Source: a virus
Taxonomy: Duplodnaviria; Caudoviricetes
IMG/VR virus record: IMGVR_UViG_3300033067_001623
Location: 1-47,338 of that record
Direction: 5' to 3' (one strand)
DNA: 47,338 nt
Position 1 is the stretch's first letter, and the number at the start of each line of letters is the position of its first letter. A model generated the notes under the pieces. The model was not told where the DNA came from. It saw nothing but the letters and a program-made list of their open reading frames with translations, and did no database searches. Shown here piece by piece: positions 36,775 to 46,654 of the stretch. A program made the translations under genes and the position numbers.

Positions 36775-37746
36775 ATGAATATAAATAATTTAACTGCAGA
36801 TAAGTTTGCAGAATTACAAAAACAATTAGAAAATGGGCATCCAAATCAAAAAAATAACCATGATGATAGTCCTACAATGTCTGAAGATGATGATCCTATA
36901 GAAACGACAAATACTTCAGCATTTAAAAGCTTTCATTATTTAGAAGATAACACTGTATCTTATTCAATATTAGATACCATAGAAACACGAAAGCAATTAT
37001 TGCCAGGCTCCTATACTTTAAAATATATGGATGGAGATCCTGGATATGTTAAAATTAGTATAAATAAAAATGAAGAGAAAATAAAGTTATATAATTTTGA
37101 ACATAAAGAAAAAATTGATAAATTTATTAATTCATTTTTTGATAAAAATGTAAGTAAGTATATTAAAAGTTTTGGTTTTTTACATAAAGCTGGAATTCTT
37201 TTAAGTGGAAAAGAAGGTGGTGGAAAAACATCAATGATACGACATTATTCAAATAATCTAATAAAATCACATAATGCAATAGTATTTTATATTTCATCTA
37301 CATATGGATTTACAATGGTATGGGAATTTCTACAAAATATAAGAAAAATACATAAAAATCCAATAATTATTGTAATAGATGAGATTGACGAATATGTACA
37401 TAATTACGAAGCGTTTCTTAAAAATGCATTAGACGGCAATAATTCTATAGATTATAGTTTAGTTTTTGCAACCACTAATTATATTCATAAAATACCTGAT
37501 GCTTTAAAATCAAGACCATCAAGATTTAAATATTCTTTAACAATAGGTGGATTAGAAAATCATGATGATATTGAAGATATAATGCAAAAGATTTTAATAC
37601 AAAAATTTAGTAAAAGAGAGATTAAAGCATTTGCAGCAGGATTGGTGGGAGAAACATTGGATTCTATAAAACAATTTTGTCTTGATAAAATAATGGATCT
37701 GGATATAGAAAAAATTAATAATAAAACAATAGGATTTAAAAAGTAA
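36775..37746 (+). CDS. Stand-alone AAA+ ATPase
   Basis: GILLSGKEGGGKTS, IVIDEID, ATTNY and RPSRF motifs; C-terminal IGF. Confidence 0.85.
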   Translation: MNINNLTADKFAELQKQLENGHPNQKNNHDDSPTMSEDDDPIETTNTSAFKSFHYLEDNTVSYSILDTIETRKQLLPGSYTLKYMDGDPGYVKISINKNEEKIKLYNFEHKEKIDKFINSFFDKNVSKYIKSFGFLHKAGILLSGKEGGGKTSMIRHYSNNLIKSHNAIVFYISSTYGFTMVWEFLQNIRKIHKNPIIIVIDEIDEYVHNYEAFLKNALDGNNSIDYSLVFATTNYIHKIPDALKSRPSRFKYSLTIGGLENHDDIEDIMQKILIQKFSKREIKAFAAGLVGETLDSIKQFCLDKIMDLDIEKINNKTIGFKK

Positions 37747-37750
37747 AATT

Positions 37751-38050
37751 ATGGCAATTACAGATAATCAAATTAAAGTACAACAAGCTCTAGTAAATTC
37801 TCCATCATTAGAATGTACATGTGGTAGCGTTTTATTCAGGCAGGTAGTAGCAATTAAAGAAGTAAGTAAATTACTTATAGGCGCTCCTGACAATGTAATA
37901 GTACCGATACCATTATATCGTTGTGATGATTGCGGAGCAGTTTTAGAATCATTATTACCTAAAGGATTAAATATTTTCAATGAAGAAGTCGAAGAAACAA
38001 AACCAACCAATAGACCAACCGAAGGAAAAATCATACTCGACAACAACTAA
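37751..38050 (+). CDS. Small zinc-ribbon protein
   Basis: CxCG...CxxCG motif. Confidence 0.65.
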   Translation: MAITDNQIKVQQALVNSPSLECTCGSVLFRQVVAIKEVSKLLIGAPDNVIVPIPLYRCDDCGAVLESLLPKGLNIFNEEVEETKPTNRPTEGKIILDNN

Positions 38051-38477
38051 AGCTCCGTTTCAATTTGTTAATGATTTGACTTCCGAAAAAGTTCCATGGG
38101 ATAAACAAACAGAGGCAGATAGAAAAGATTTTCCTATATTTTTAGTCAATAGATTTTTATCGATGAACACAGATTATATTGATTTGATAAATTCATTGCA
38201 AAAATATACAGTATCACAATTAGATTCGGAGATTGTTTATAAATTATATTTATCGATTTTACCAAAGAATAAAAGTTATTCTACTTATATAAAATCGAGG
38301 GAGGAAACTGAAAAAAATAAACTTTCTTCTGAGTTACATCAATTATTATCAAAGGAATATCAATGGAGTAAACAAGAGTGTGTATCAAATTTGAAAAGAA
38401 TTCCAAAAGAAACAATAATTTCATTTTTAAAAGAAAGAGGATATGGATCCAAAGAAATCACTAGAATTCTCAAATAA
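37980..38477 (+). CDS. Clamp loader small subunit (gp62-like)
   Basis: PF.F.N.L..K..W, FL.NRFLSM..D, LPK.K.Y..Y.K motifs; near the gp44-like gene. Confidence 0.7.
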   Translation: MKKSKKQNQPIDQPKEKSYSTTTKAPFQFVNDLTSEKVPWDKQTEADRKDFPIFLVNRFLSMNTDYIDLINSLQKYTVSQLDSEIVYKLYLSILPKNKSYSTYIKSREETEKNKLSSELHQLLSKEYQWSKQECVSNLKRIPKETIISFLKERGYGSKEITRILK

Positions 38478-38670
38478 AATATCAGAACAAAAAGATCAAT
38501 ATATTGATACTGGAGGTTGGATGTGTTATAGACAGAATTCACCATTTGAAGGAGGATTAAGAAAAGATTTAATGCAGTTAAATGAATTATCACTGACTCA
38601 ATTAATTGAATTAAAACAAGCATATCACAAAGCTATTGTTCAGATTGAAAATACAATATCTAGAAAATAA
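38443..38670 (+). CDS. Hypothetical protein
   Basis: 75-aa ORF filling the gap; start uncertain. Confidence 0.4.
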   Translation: MDPKKSLEFSNKISEQKDQYIDTGGWMCYRQNSPFEGGLRKDLMQLNELSLTQLIELKQAYHKAIVQIENTISRK

Positions 38671-38676
38671 ATAGTT

Positions 38677-39657
38677 ATGAAAGATAATTTATTGAAAAAT
38701 TCATATATCGTAGATCCTGATATAAGATTAAGAGCGGAAGATTTAAAATACGAAAAGGGTGATATTTCAATATCTTATTCACAATTTTCAACTTTTTTAA
38801 AATGTCCAAGATCCTGGGAATTAAAACATATACAAAAAATAAGAGAAGATAAACCTTCTATACATATGGTTTTTGGTAATGCAATGCATACTGTTATACA
38901 ACATTATCTTAAAGTAATGTATACAAAAACCATAAAAGCTGCGGATCAAGAAGATTTATGTTCTTTACTTAAGGAACAACTTAGATATGAATACTCAACC
39001 GTTAAAGAAAAGAAAGGATATAATTTTTCAACTCCTATAGAATTAGCGGAGTTTTATGAAGATGGTGTTGAAATTCTTAATTATTTAAAAAAGAAACGTT
39101 CTAGCTATTTTAGCACTAAGGATTGGGAGTTAGTAGGAGTAGAGGTTCCATTATGCCTGATACCTGATAATACTAGGCCTACTGTAAGATTTACAGCATA
39201 CTTAGATATTGTATTCAGATCAAAAAAGAAACCCTTTATATATCGTATAATTGATTTTAAAACATCTACTAATGGTTGGAGAGATTATGAGAAGAAAGAT
39301 AAAACAAAAACTGCTCAAGTTATTTTATATAAGAAATTTTTTGCAGAACAATATGGTGTGAAAGAAGATCAGATTGAAGTATCATTTCTAATATTGAAAA
39401 GAAAATTAATGATAGATTCATTATGGCCTCAAAAAAGATTACAAGATTTTAAACCAGTGCAAGGATCTAGAACAGTTAAAGATGTAATGAAATCATTTAC
39501 TTCATGGATTGAATTAGGTTTTGATTCTAATGGACAATATGATACAAGTCATGCGTATCATCCTTTAGCAGGAAAAAATTATAATAATTGCCGATTTTGT
39601 CCATTTAATGAAAATGAAGAATTATGTCCTAAATCTAATAGAATAACTAATATATGA
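38677..39657 (+). CDS. PD-(D/E)xK exonuclease (RecB/Cas4-like, probable Fe-S)
   Basis: ISYSQ......CP, FG.A.H, E...D...IIDFKT, Q..LY and C..CP...C motifs. Confidence 0.88.
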   Translation: MKDNLLKNSYIVDPDIRLRAEDLKYEKGDISISYSQFSTFLKCPRSWELKHIQKIREDKPSIHMVFGNAMHTVIQHYLKVMYTKTIKAADQEDLCSLLKEQLRYEYSTVKEKKGYNFSTPIELAEFYEDGVEILNYLKKKRSSYFSTKDWELVGVEVPLCLIPDNTRPTVRFTAYLDIVFRSKKKPFIYRIIDFKTSTNGWRDYEKKDKTKTAQVILYKKFFAEQYGVKEDQIEVSFLILKRKLMIDSLWPQKRLQDFKPVQGSRTVKDVMKSFTSWIELGFDSNGQYDTSHAYHPLAGKNYNNCRFCPFNENEELCPKSNRITNI

Positions 39658-40058
39658 AAATAGGAATAATTGGATCTAAATCATATTCAGCAGAAAAGGT
39701 TATAAAAGATTTTATATTCAAATCATATGAAAAATTTAATGCTGATTTAATTATTTATACCATAGGAGATAAAACGGATGTAGGTAGATTGACAAAAAAA
39801 TATAGTCTTTTATTCGGTGCAAAATACGGTGAATATAATCCAGCTTACACTGGTTTTAATTTATATTCGATGATGAAAGAAAGTTATTATGATAAAGAAT
39901 ATAATCCATCACATATGTGGCATTCTATTCAATGTTTAGTAATGAATTCAGAAAGAATATTTGCATTTGTTGATAAATATGATAAAGCTAATAAACAATG
40001 GAAACATGTATTAGATGCAGGAAAAAAATATAAGAAGAAAGTAATATTCTTTGAATAG
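39654..40058 (+). CDS. SLOG-like (DUF2493/YspA-related) protein
   Basis: MKIGIIGS N-terminus, Rossmannoid pattern, A.K..K.V C-terminus. Confidence 0.5.
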   Translation: MKIGIIGSKSYSAEKVIKDFIFKSYEKFNADLIIYTIGDKTDVGRLTKKYSLLFGAKYGEYNPAYTGFNLYSMMKESYYDKEYNPSHMWHSIQCLVMNSERIFAFVDKYDKANKQWKHVLDAGKKYKKKVIFFE

Positions 40059-40101
40059 TAGTAGAATTTAATAATATATATTAGTGTATAAAATATTTTA
40101 A

Positions 40102-41595
40102 ATGAATAGCAATTTAAACCTACCAAAGCTGATAAAGCTTGAAGATTATCAAAAAAATAAAAAACCAAAAATCCTATTACTAAGTGATGATTTAACACTA
40201 TTTAGTGGAATTGCTACAATGTCAAGGGAGTTTGTAACCGGTACTGCCCATATATTTGATTGGGTTCAGTTAGGTTCAGCACTACAACATCCTAATCATG
40301 GAAAGGTGATGGATCTTTCAGACGCAATTAATAAGGAAAGGAAAATTTCTAATGCTTCGGTTAAACTTTATTGTCACACTGGATATGGGAATCCACAAGT
40401 ACTTCGGGAATTAATTCAAATTGAAAAACCAGATGTAATATTACATTTTACAGATCCAAGATTCTGGGAATGGTTATATCTTATGGAATATGAATTAAGA
40501 GTTAAGATAGGAATACCAATCGCGTACTATAATATATGGGATGCACCTCCTGCTCCATTATGGAATGCTCCATTTTATAAATCATGTGATCTTATAATGA
40601 ATATTTCCAAACAAACCCATCAGTTAGTAAAAACGGTGTTAGGAGAGTTAGAATATCATGATATGGAGGATAAAACAGGTACAGGTACTAGACTAGTTTC
40701 ATATGTTCCACACGGAATAAATCAATATAAATTTTGTCCAATTGATGATAATCCATATCTTTACGAAGAATATAAAAAGTTTGAAGAAAAATTCTATTCA
40801 GATAATAAAGTACAATTTGTAATTTTTTGGAATAATAGAAATATAAGGAGAAAACAACCTGGTGATGTAATACTAGCGTATAAAAAGTTTTGTGATAAAC
40901 TATCTAAAAAGGATGCCAATAAATGTTGTTTATTTATGCATACACAAATTTTAGATGAAAACGGAACGGACTTATTTGCAGTTAAAGAAAATATATGTCC
41001 TGAATATAAAGTAGTATTTTCGGATGCACGAATAGATGATAAAACATTAAATTTCTTTTATAATTTGGCAGATGTTACATTAAATATAGCTAGTAATGAG
41101 GGATTTGGATTATCCGGTGCGGAATCAATAATGGCAGGAACATGTATTATTAATAATGTTACTGGAGGTCTACAGGATCAATGCGGATTTTATCAAGAAA
41201 AACCAAATGGAAAATCATACGAGACAATCTATGATGGACACCCATCTAATTCAGATGGAATATATAAATCACATGGAGAATGGGCGTTTCCAATATTTCC
41301 AACTAGTCATAGTTTACAAGGAAGTATAGCAACTCCATATATTTTTGATGAAAGATGTGAACCAGAAGATGTTGCAATTAAATTGTTAGAGTGTTTTAAT
41401 TTAGGTAGAAATGAACTAAAACGCAGAGGACTATTGGGTAGATATTATGCTAAACATGAAGGAAGATTAAATTCAGAATATATGTGTAGTAGAATGGCAG
41501 AGTCGTTGAATAAGTTAATGGCAGAATGGAAAAGGCCAGAAAGAATTAAATTAATTGATGTTAATAAAGTTGTTAAAACGAAATTAAATGTATAA
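40102..41595 (+). CDS. Glycosyltransferase, GT4/GT-B
   Basis: SDD....SG, HGI, NRN..RK and ADV.....NEGFGL...E...G motifs. Confidence 0.9.
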   Translation: MNSNLNLPKLIKLEDYQKNKKPKILLLSDDLTLFSGIATMSREFVTGTAHIFDWVQLGSALQHPNHGKVMDLSDAINKERKISNASVKLYCHTGYGNPQVLRELIQIEKPDVILHFTDPRFWEWLYLMEYELRVKIGIPIAYYNIWDAPPAPLWNAPFYKSCDLIMNISKQTHQLVKTVLGELEYHDMEDKTGTGTRLVSYVPHGINQYKFCPIDDNPYLYEEYKKFEEKFYSDNKVQFVIFWNNRNIRRKQPGDVILAYKKFCDKLSKKDANKCCLFMHTQILDENGTDLFAVKENICPEYKVVFSDARIDDKTLNFFYNLADVTLNIASNEGFGLSGAESIMAGTCIINNVTGGLQDQCGFYQEKPNGKSYETIYDGHPSNSDGIYKSHGEWAFPIFPTSHSLQGSIATPYIFDERCEPEDVAIKLLECFNLGRNELKRRGLLGRYYAKHEGRLNSEYMCSRMAESLNKLMAEWKRPERIKLIDVNKVVKTKLNV

Positions 41596-42889
41596 AAACA
41601 AACCTATATGCGTCGTATCCGCACCATTAACAAGTAGATCAGGTTACGGCACACATACTAGATTAATAGTAAAAAGTTTAATAGTATTAGATAGATATGA
41701 TCTAAAAGTAATACCTACTCCATGGGGAAGTACTCCATTAGATGCTTTAGATCCAAATAATCCTGAGGATATGAAATTAATTAATCTGATTGTAGATCCT
41801 AGATCTATTACACAACAACCAGATTTATGGATTCAGATTACTATCCCTAATGAAATGATGAGAAATGGTAAGGTTAATGTATTAATTACAGCAGGAACAG
41901 AAGCATCCAGTCCACCAAAAGAATTTGTTGAAGGTTGTAATAGAGCAGATTTTGTAATTACTCCTTCTGAGTTTACTAAAAGAATTTTAGAATTAGCATC
42001 ATTTGAAATTAAAGATAAGAATAGTGGTCAGGTAACTGGACATTTAAAGGTTGAAAAACCATTATATACTTTATTTGAGGGATTGGAAACTAATAAATTT
42101 AGTAAAGGTTTGCCTGTAATTTCTACAGTAAAAGATTTGATTAATATACCACAAGAATTTGCATTTCTTTCAACAGGACTTTGGTTAGGAGGGCAATTAG
42201 GAGAAGATAGAAAAGATATATCTGGTGTAATTAAAATATTTTTAGATACGTTCAAAGATAAAGCGGATAGAAATAAACCTGCGCTGTTATTAAAGACATC
42301 AGGAGCTGGATTTTCAGAAACGGAAAATTCTGTAATTCTTAATAAGATTGAACAAATTAAAAATACATGTGGTACATTTACTGGTACCAATTGGCCTGCT
42401 ATTTATTTATTAAGTGGTGATTTTACTGATGAAGAAATGAATACGTTATATCATCATCCTAAAGTTAAATGTATGGTATCATTTACTAAGGGTGAAGGAT
42501 TTGGTTTACCATTATTAGAATTTTGTAGTACTGGAAAACCAATTATCTGTAGTAAATATTCAGGTCCATTAGATTTTTTAAATCCAGAATATAATATATT
42601 ACTTCCAGGTAAAATGACAAAAATACATCATTCTGCAGCAAATCAATGGTTACCATCAACAGCAAGTTGGTTTACAGTAGATTACGGTTACGCATCAGGA
42701 GTTATGAAAGATATTGTTGAAAATTACGATAAATATTTGGTAAATTCCAAAAACAATATTAACTTTATTAAAAATAATTTTTCATTTGAAAAGATGACAG
42801 AGCAATTTGCTGATATTCTTAATTATATTTTACCTGTACAAGAAGTAAAACAATTTGAAATGCCAATTTTAAACTTACCTAAATTATAA
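41588..42889 (+). CDS. Glycosyltransferase, GT4/GT-B
   Basis: SGYG, PS.F, RK and KGEGFGLPLLE...GKP.I motifs. Confidence 0.9.
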   Translation: MYKNKPICVVSAPLTSRSGYGTHTRLIVKSLIVLDRYDLKVIPTPWGSTPLDALDPNNPEDMKLINLIVDPRSITQQPDLWIQITIPNEMMRNGKVNVLITAGTEASSPPKEFVEGCNRADFVITPSEFTKRILELASFEIKDKNSGQVTGHLKVEKPLYTLFEGLETNKFSKGLPVISTVKDLINIPQEFAFLSTGLWLGGQLGEDRKDISGVIKIFLDTFKDKADRNKPALLLKTSGAGFSETENSVILNKIEQIKNTCGTFTGTNWPAIYLLSGDFTDEEMNTLYHHPKVKCMVSFTKGEGFGLPLLEFCSTGKPIICSKYSGPLDFLNPEYNILLPGKMTKIHHSAANQWLPSTASWFTVDYGYASGVMKDIVENYDKYLVNSKNNINFIKNNFSFEKMTEQFADILNYILPVQEVKQFEMPILNLPKL

Positions 42890-42894
42890 TAAGT

Positions 42895-43353
42895 ATGAGT
42901 ATTAAATTAACTCCAGATGGTATATCTCCTTTTACAGGAAAGACGTCTTTAATATTTGAACATGATGAAATTCTTCAGGATATAAAAATCCTGGATCCAG
43001 ATACTGGATGGTTTACATTTACTAAATCGCAATGTTCTGAAAAAACATATAAAGAAATTTATAAGTTAAAAGATAGAAAAATTTATTATTATGATTCTAA
43101 AACAGGACTAGTGTGGTATCCTGATCAACAAGTATTTTTCATTGGCGATGATACTATTATTTTAACACCTGATTTATTGAAGGTTGAAGATATATTAACA
43201 GCAGAATGGTTAGTATGTGAAGCAATACAAGATCCTAAAATAGATACTGCATTTAATCCAAACTTTGACAATATACTTAAAACAGGCACATATGATGATT
43301 GTTTAAATTATTGTTTTAAAAGAAGAAATGACTTTGACAATGAACAAGACTAA
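42895..43353 (+). CDS. Hypothetical protein
   Basis: 152-aa ORF within the GT cluster (SPF, TG, G.VWYP). Confidence 0.55.
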   Translation: MSIKLTPDGISPFTGKTSLIFEHDEILQDIKILDPDTGWFTFTKSQCSEKTYKEIYKLKDRKIYYYDSKTGLVWYPDQQVFFIGDDTIILTPDLLKVEDILTAEWLVCEAIQDPKIDTAFNPNFDNILKTGTYDDCLNYCFKRRNDFDNEQD

Positions 43354-44119
43354 AATATCCTATGCTATTACAGTTTGTAACGAATTAAAAGAATTTGAAA
43401 ATCTTTTGGATTCTTTAGGTAATAAAATACCTAATAACAGAGATTCTGAAATAGTAATTCTTTGTGATTCTAAAAATGGTAATGTAGGTGGTGTTATAGA
43501 TATCTATAATAGATTTTTAGAAACCTTTAATCCGGTTTATGAGCATATTTTAGAATTATCTCCGTTTGATAATGATTTTGCAAACCATAAAAATCATTTA
43601 AATTCATTATGTGAGGGAGAATGGATATTACAATTAGATGCAGATGAGGATGTTACACAAGGATTATTATATTATTTTGATGAAATAATTAAAAATTCTG
43701 ATGAAGATGTAGAAATTGTGGGTGTTCCAAGAATTAATATTGTTAATGGATTAACAGCATATTGGGCAGAACAATGGAAATGGAAATTAACAGTAGATAA
43801 AACTACAGAATATTTAGGACAATATGATATATTAGGGCATGATGCGTTTAAGTTAATAGATTCTATGGATGCTATAGTTTATGATAATGATATTGCAACT
43901 AGCGGCGGATTTATTTATAATCCAATATTAGTTAATTTTCCAGATTATCAATTAAGATTCTATAGAAATTTACCAAAAATAAAATGGGAAGGTAAAGTTC
44001 ACGAAAGAGTCACGGGAGGTAAAATATGTTTGATTCCAGAAAATATCAATTATTGTATTAAGCATATTAAATCAATAGACAAACAGATAAAACAAAATAA
44101 ATTGTACGAAACTATATAA
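43328..44119 (+). CDS. Glycosyltransferase, GT2/GT-A
   Basis: ISYAI...NE, DFA..KN, WILQLDADE (DxD), PD.Q.R and W.GKVHE motifs. True start is probably ATG 43340. Confidence 0.9.
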   Translation: MTLTMNKTKISYAITVCNELKEFENLLDSLGNKIPNNRDSEIVILCDSKNGNVGGVIDIYNRFLETFNPVYEHILELSPFDNDFANHKNHLNSLCEGEWILQLDADEDVTQGLLYYFDEIIKNSDEDVEIVGVPRINIVNGLTAYWAEQWKWKLTVDKTTEYLGQYDILGHDAFKLIDSMDAIVYDNDIATSGGFIYNPILVNFPDYQLRFYRNLPKIKWEGKVHERVTGGKICLIPENINYCIKHIKSIDKQIKQNKLYETI

Positions 44120-44121
44120 TA

Positions 44122-44688
44122 ATGCTTTATAAAAATTTTAAAATTAATGAGGACGATTATTTTCTACTTCCAATGAAGTTAGAAGATCTTGGTAGATTTA
44201 AAGAAATAAGAGATCAATGTTTAGATTTTATTCATAATAATAAATCCTATACATATTCTGAAACTATTAAATGGTTTCTTAAAAATAATATACGTTATCT
44301 TTCATTATATAATGATAAAAGAATGATAGGATATGTTAGATTAGAGTCAAATGATAGTGTATGTACAATTGGTATGGATCTAGATCCTGAATATAGAGGC
44401 AAAGGAATTGCTTTTGCAACATATAAAATAACAATGGATGAATTAAATAAGTATGGAATAACTAATTTTCATTTAAGAGTATTACAGAACAATCAACATG
44501 CGGTGAAATTATATAAAGCTTTAGGATTTGAAATTATTAAGACAACTGAAAATGTAGTTATAAGGGATGGAAAATCAATAGGAGATTTTTTAATGTCACG
44601 AAAAGATAAAAAACTGAATCCTGTTAATGAAAAGATAAAAAAACCAGTAGGAGAAATTATTACACATTTAAAATCTAAAAAGATATGA
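44122..44688 (+). CDS. GNAT N-acetyltransferase
   Basis: IG, P.YRGKG.A and L.V...N..A..LY..LGF acetyl-CoA-binding motifs. Confidence 0.88.
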   Translation: MLYKNFKINEDDYFLLPMKLEDLGRFKEIRDQCLDFIHNNKSYTYSETIKWFLKNNIRYLSLYNDKRMIGYVRLESNDSVCTIGMDLDPEYRGKGIAFATYKITMDELNKYGITNFHLRVLQNNQHAVKLYKALGFEIIKTTENVVIRDGKSIGDFLMSRKDKKLNPVNEKIKKPVGEIITHLKSKKI

Positions 44689-44927
44689 TTCCAAAGATAG
44701 TATATGAAGGATTAACTATTAAAGGAGATTTTGAGTTTACTAGGTCTAAAGTAATACTTGATGTAGAAACATTTGAACCTAGCGTTACTATATCTTTTAA
44801 ATTTAATCCTAATATAAGACAAAGTTTTATGGATACAGAAGATGTAGTAAAATGTAATGAAATGTTAGCCGAAAAATTGAAACAAGATTTTATTAAATAC
44901 TTAGATTTGGAATTTGATGCAGAATAA
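44685..44927 (+). CDS. Hypothetical protein
   Basis: 80-aa ORF with overlapping start and stop. Confidence 0.5.
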   Translation: MIPKIVYEGLTIKGDFEFTRSKVILDVETFEPSVTISFKFNPNIRQSFMDTEDVVKCNEMLAEKLKQDFIKYLDLEFDAE

Positions 44928-45882
44928 AAATATAGCATTAATTATAGGTGGTTGGTACTTCCCAAAATTCCTATACGAAGAAGTAGCAAAAGTTAAATCA
45001 CCTGTAGGATACAATGTAGATAAATTCTGTGTGATGCATAGAATGCCGTCTAAAAAACATGATGAAGGTCTAATAGATCAATTATTTACTAATAGTTTAC
45101 ATTCTAATATTCGTGGCAAACTTTCACAATTTGATGATAAATTGTTTGGTCAGATGGGATCAGAATTAAATCCAATCCAATACCAAGAACTAAAAGATTT
45201 AGGATTCATAACAAATCTGGTCGACAACAAGATCGGGGATTATTACTTCATCAACCAGTGGATGGAAATATACGATGTGACAATGTATGATTATATCATC
45301 TTTATGCATGACGATAATTATCCAAGTTCAGAATTCCAGAACATATTGGTAGACATTTTTGAAAAGAATGATTTTCCACAATGGTACTGGCCAGAAGATA
45401 AGGAAACAGGTGTTTCCGGTCCCTGGATAAATGCAGATGAATCATTAGGCGGTCATACAGTTGGAATGGAAATGATGATGCCAGATAGTGTAGGGGGAAG
45501 TTATTTGGAAATATTAAATATGGATTACATAGCTAATTCTGCAGTAGGAAATAGAAAAACTGCCCGTGGATCATTCAGTATATGGTCAAGAAAATTCATG
45601 GAAGCTATCAAAGAATTTCCAATGGAAAACGTAACCTTGAACCGTACTGGAAAGGAGGATACACCAATCGGACACATGGAACTGGAAGATTGGAACAATG
45701 TAGGCCACAATCTACAAGTGTGGGTCGAGCAGAATGGTTTCATGGATACAACCTACCGCCTATCACCATATTACAGAATCAGTAAATATTTGATGGAAGG
45801 TGAACGTGGACTTATAAGTAACATAAATACACCAATTAATTTTTCAGAAGGATTTAATCACTATAAAGAATTTTATAAATAA
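44914..45882 (+). CDS. Putative GT-A-fold glycosyltransferase
   Basis: N.IGD...YDYIIFMHDD (xDD metal motif) and RGSF; inside the GT cluster. Confidence 0.5.
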   Translation: MMQNKNIALIIGGWYFPKFLYEEVAKVKSPVGYNVDKFCVMHRMPSKKHDEGLIDQLFTNSLHSNIRGKLSQFDDKLFGQMGSELNPIQYQELKDLGFITNLVDNKIGDYYFINQWMEIYDVTMYDYIIFMHDDNYPSSEFQNILVDIFEKNDFPQWYWPEDKETGVSGPWINADESLGGHTVGMEMMMPDSVGGSYLEILNMDYIANSAVGNRKTARGSFSIWSRKFMEAIKEFPMENVTLNRTGKEDTPIGHMELEDWNNVGHNLQVWVEQNGFMDTTYRLSPYYRISKYLMEGERGLISNINTPINFSEGFNHYKEFYK

Positions 45883-45883
45883 A

Positions 45884-46369
45884 ATGAAAATAACAGTATT
45901 AAGTAAATCTAATTTTGATAAGACAATGCAACTACTTAAACTTACAGATGAAAATGTAGAACAAATAACAGATACATTCTTCATAAGTATCCACAATTCA
46001 TTCAAAAGTGTATATCCACCGCATTTTAAGAATAACCATGACAATGTATTGCTTACATATTTCGATGATGTGGAAGAAGATGGTGAATATCCAGCATTGC
46101 CACCATATGAAAATGATGAACGTACTGTAAAAGTAAAAGCGCTTACAGAAGAACAAGGCCAGGAAATTTTGGATTTTATAAATAAGCATAAAGATAAAAG
46201 ACAATGTATAGTACATTGTGCCATGGGCAAAAGCAGAAGTGCAGCAGTAGGTGAATTTTTAAATGATTATCTAGGACAAGATTATTTGGAATTCAAAAGA
46301 CAGAATCCGCAGATAGATCCTAATATCCATGTAAGAAATGTACTTAAAAAATTAGCAGAAATATATTAA
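45884..46369 (+). CDS. Cys-based (PTP/dual-specificity) phosphatase
   Basis: ISI, FDD, HCAMGKSRS (HCx5R) and PN..V motifs. Confidence 0.88.
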   Translation: MKITVLSKSNFDKTMQLLKLTDENVEQITDTFFISIHNSFKSVYPPHFKNNHDNVLLTYFDDVEEDGEYPALPPYENDERTVKVKALTEEQGQEILDFINKHKDKRQCIVHCAMGKSRSAAVGEFLNDYLGQDYLEFKRQNPQIDPNIHVRNVLKKLAEIY

Positions 46370-46381
46370 AATGGAAGTAAT

Positions 46382-46654
46382 ATGAGCATGTATTGGAATA
46401 AAAATGAATATGTTTATTGGTCTGATTCGGTATCAGAACCGTTTTTTGACAATGAATATGGATTCTTTTATAGAACACATAGTTGTGGTGGAACAAGACT
46501 TAAAAATGAAGAATATAGATTTGATGGTGGAACAGGTAATCAAAAATGTCCTATTAAGTTTTTGAACAAGGATCAATTGATTCAAATGATAAATTGGCAC
46601 CAAAATCAGATAAATTTAGCTAAATCAGAATTAGATGGAAGAAAAACTAACTAA
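46382..46654 (+). CDS. Hypothetical protein
   Basis: 90-aa ORF. Confidence 0.5.
   Translation: MSMYWNKNEYVYWSDSVSEPFFDNEYGFFYRTHSCGGTRLKNEEYRFDGGTGNQKCPIKFLNKDQLIQMINWHQNQINLAKSELDGRKTN

Noticed and set aside
24693-36775. Stop-codon reassignment or readthrough at in-frame stop|ATG junctions (24974/24975, 34700/34701, 36774/36775)
   Set aside because: Core genes are full length under code 11, TAG ends genes cleanly (tandem TAG TAG TAG at about 40056), and each downstream ORF has its own ATG. Tight packing explains the junctions.
38677-39657. CRISPR-Cas system (Cas4)
   Set aside because: No repeat-spacer array or other cas genes seen. Stand-alone Cas4/RecB-like nucleases are common in phages.
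40050-40084. Sixth TTTG...TATA promoter upstream of the GT cluster
   Set aside because: It lacks TTTGG and the 20-nt spacing of the other five copies; too weak in AT-rich DNA.
269-46230. All minus-strand ORFs in the track and the nested plus-strand ORFs 16970-17158 and 45582-45785
   Set aside because: They lie within or antisense to well-supported + strand genes, have no recognisable motifs, and look like codon-bias shadows.
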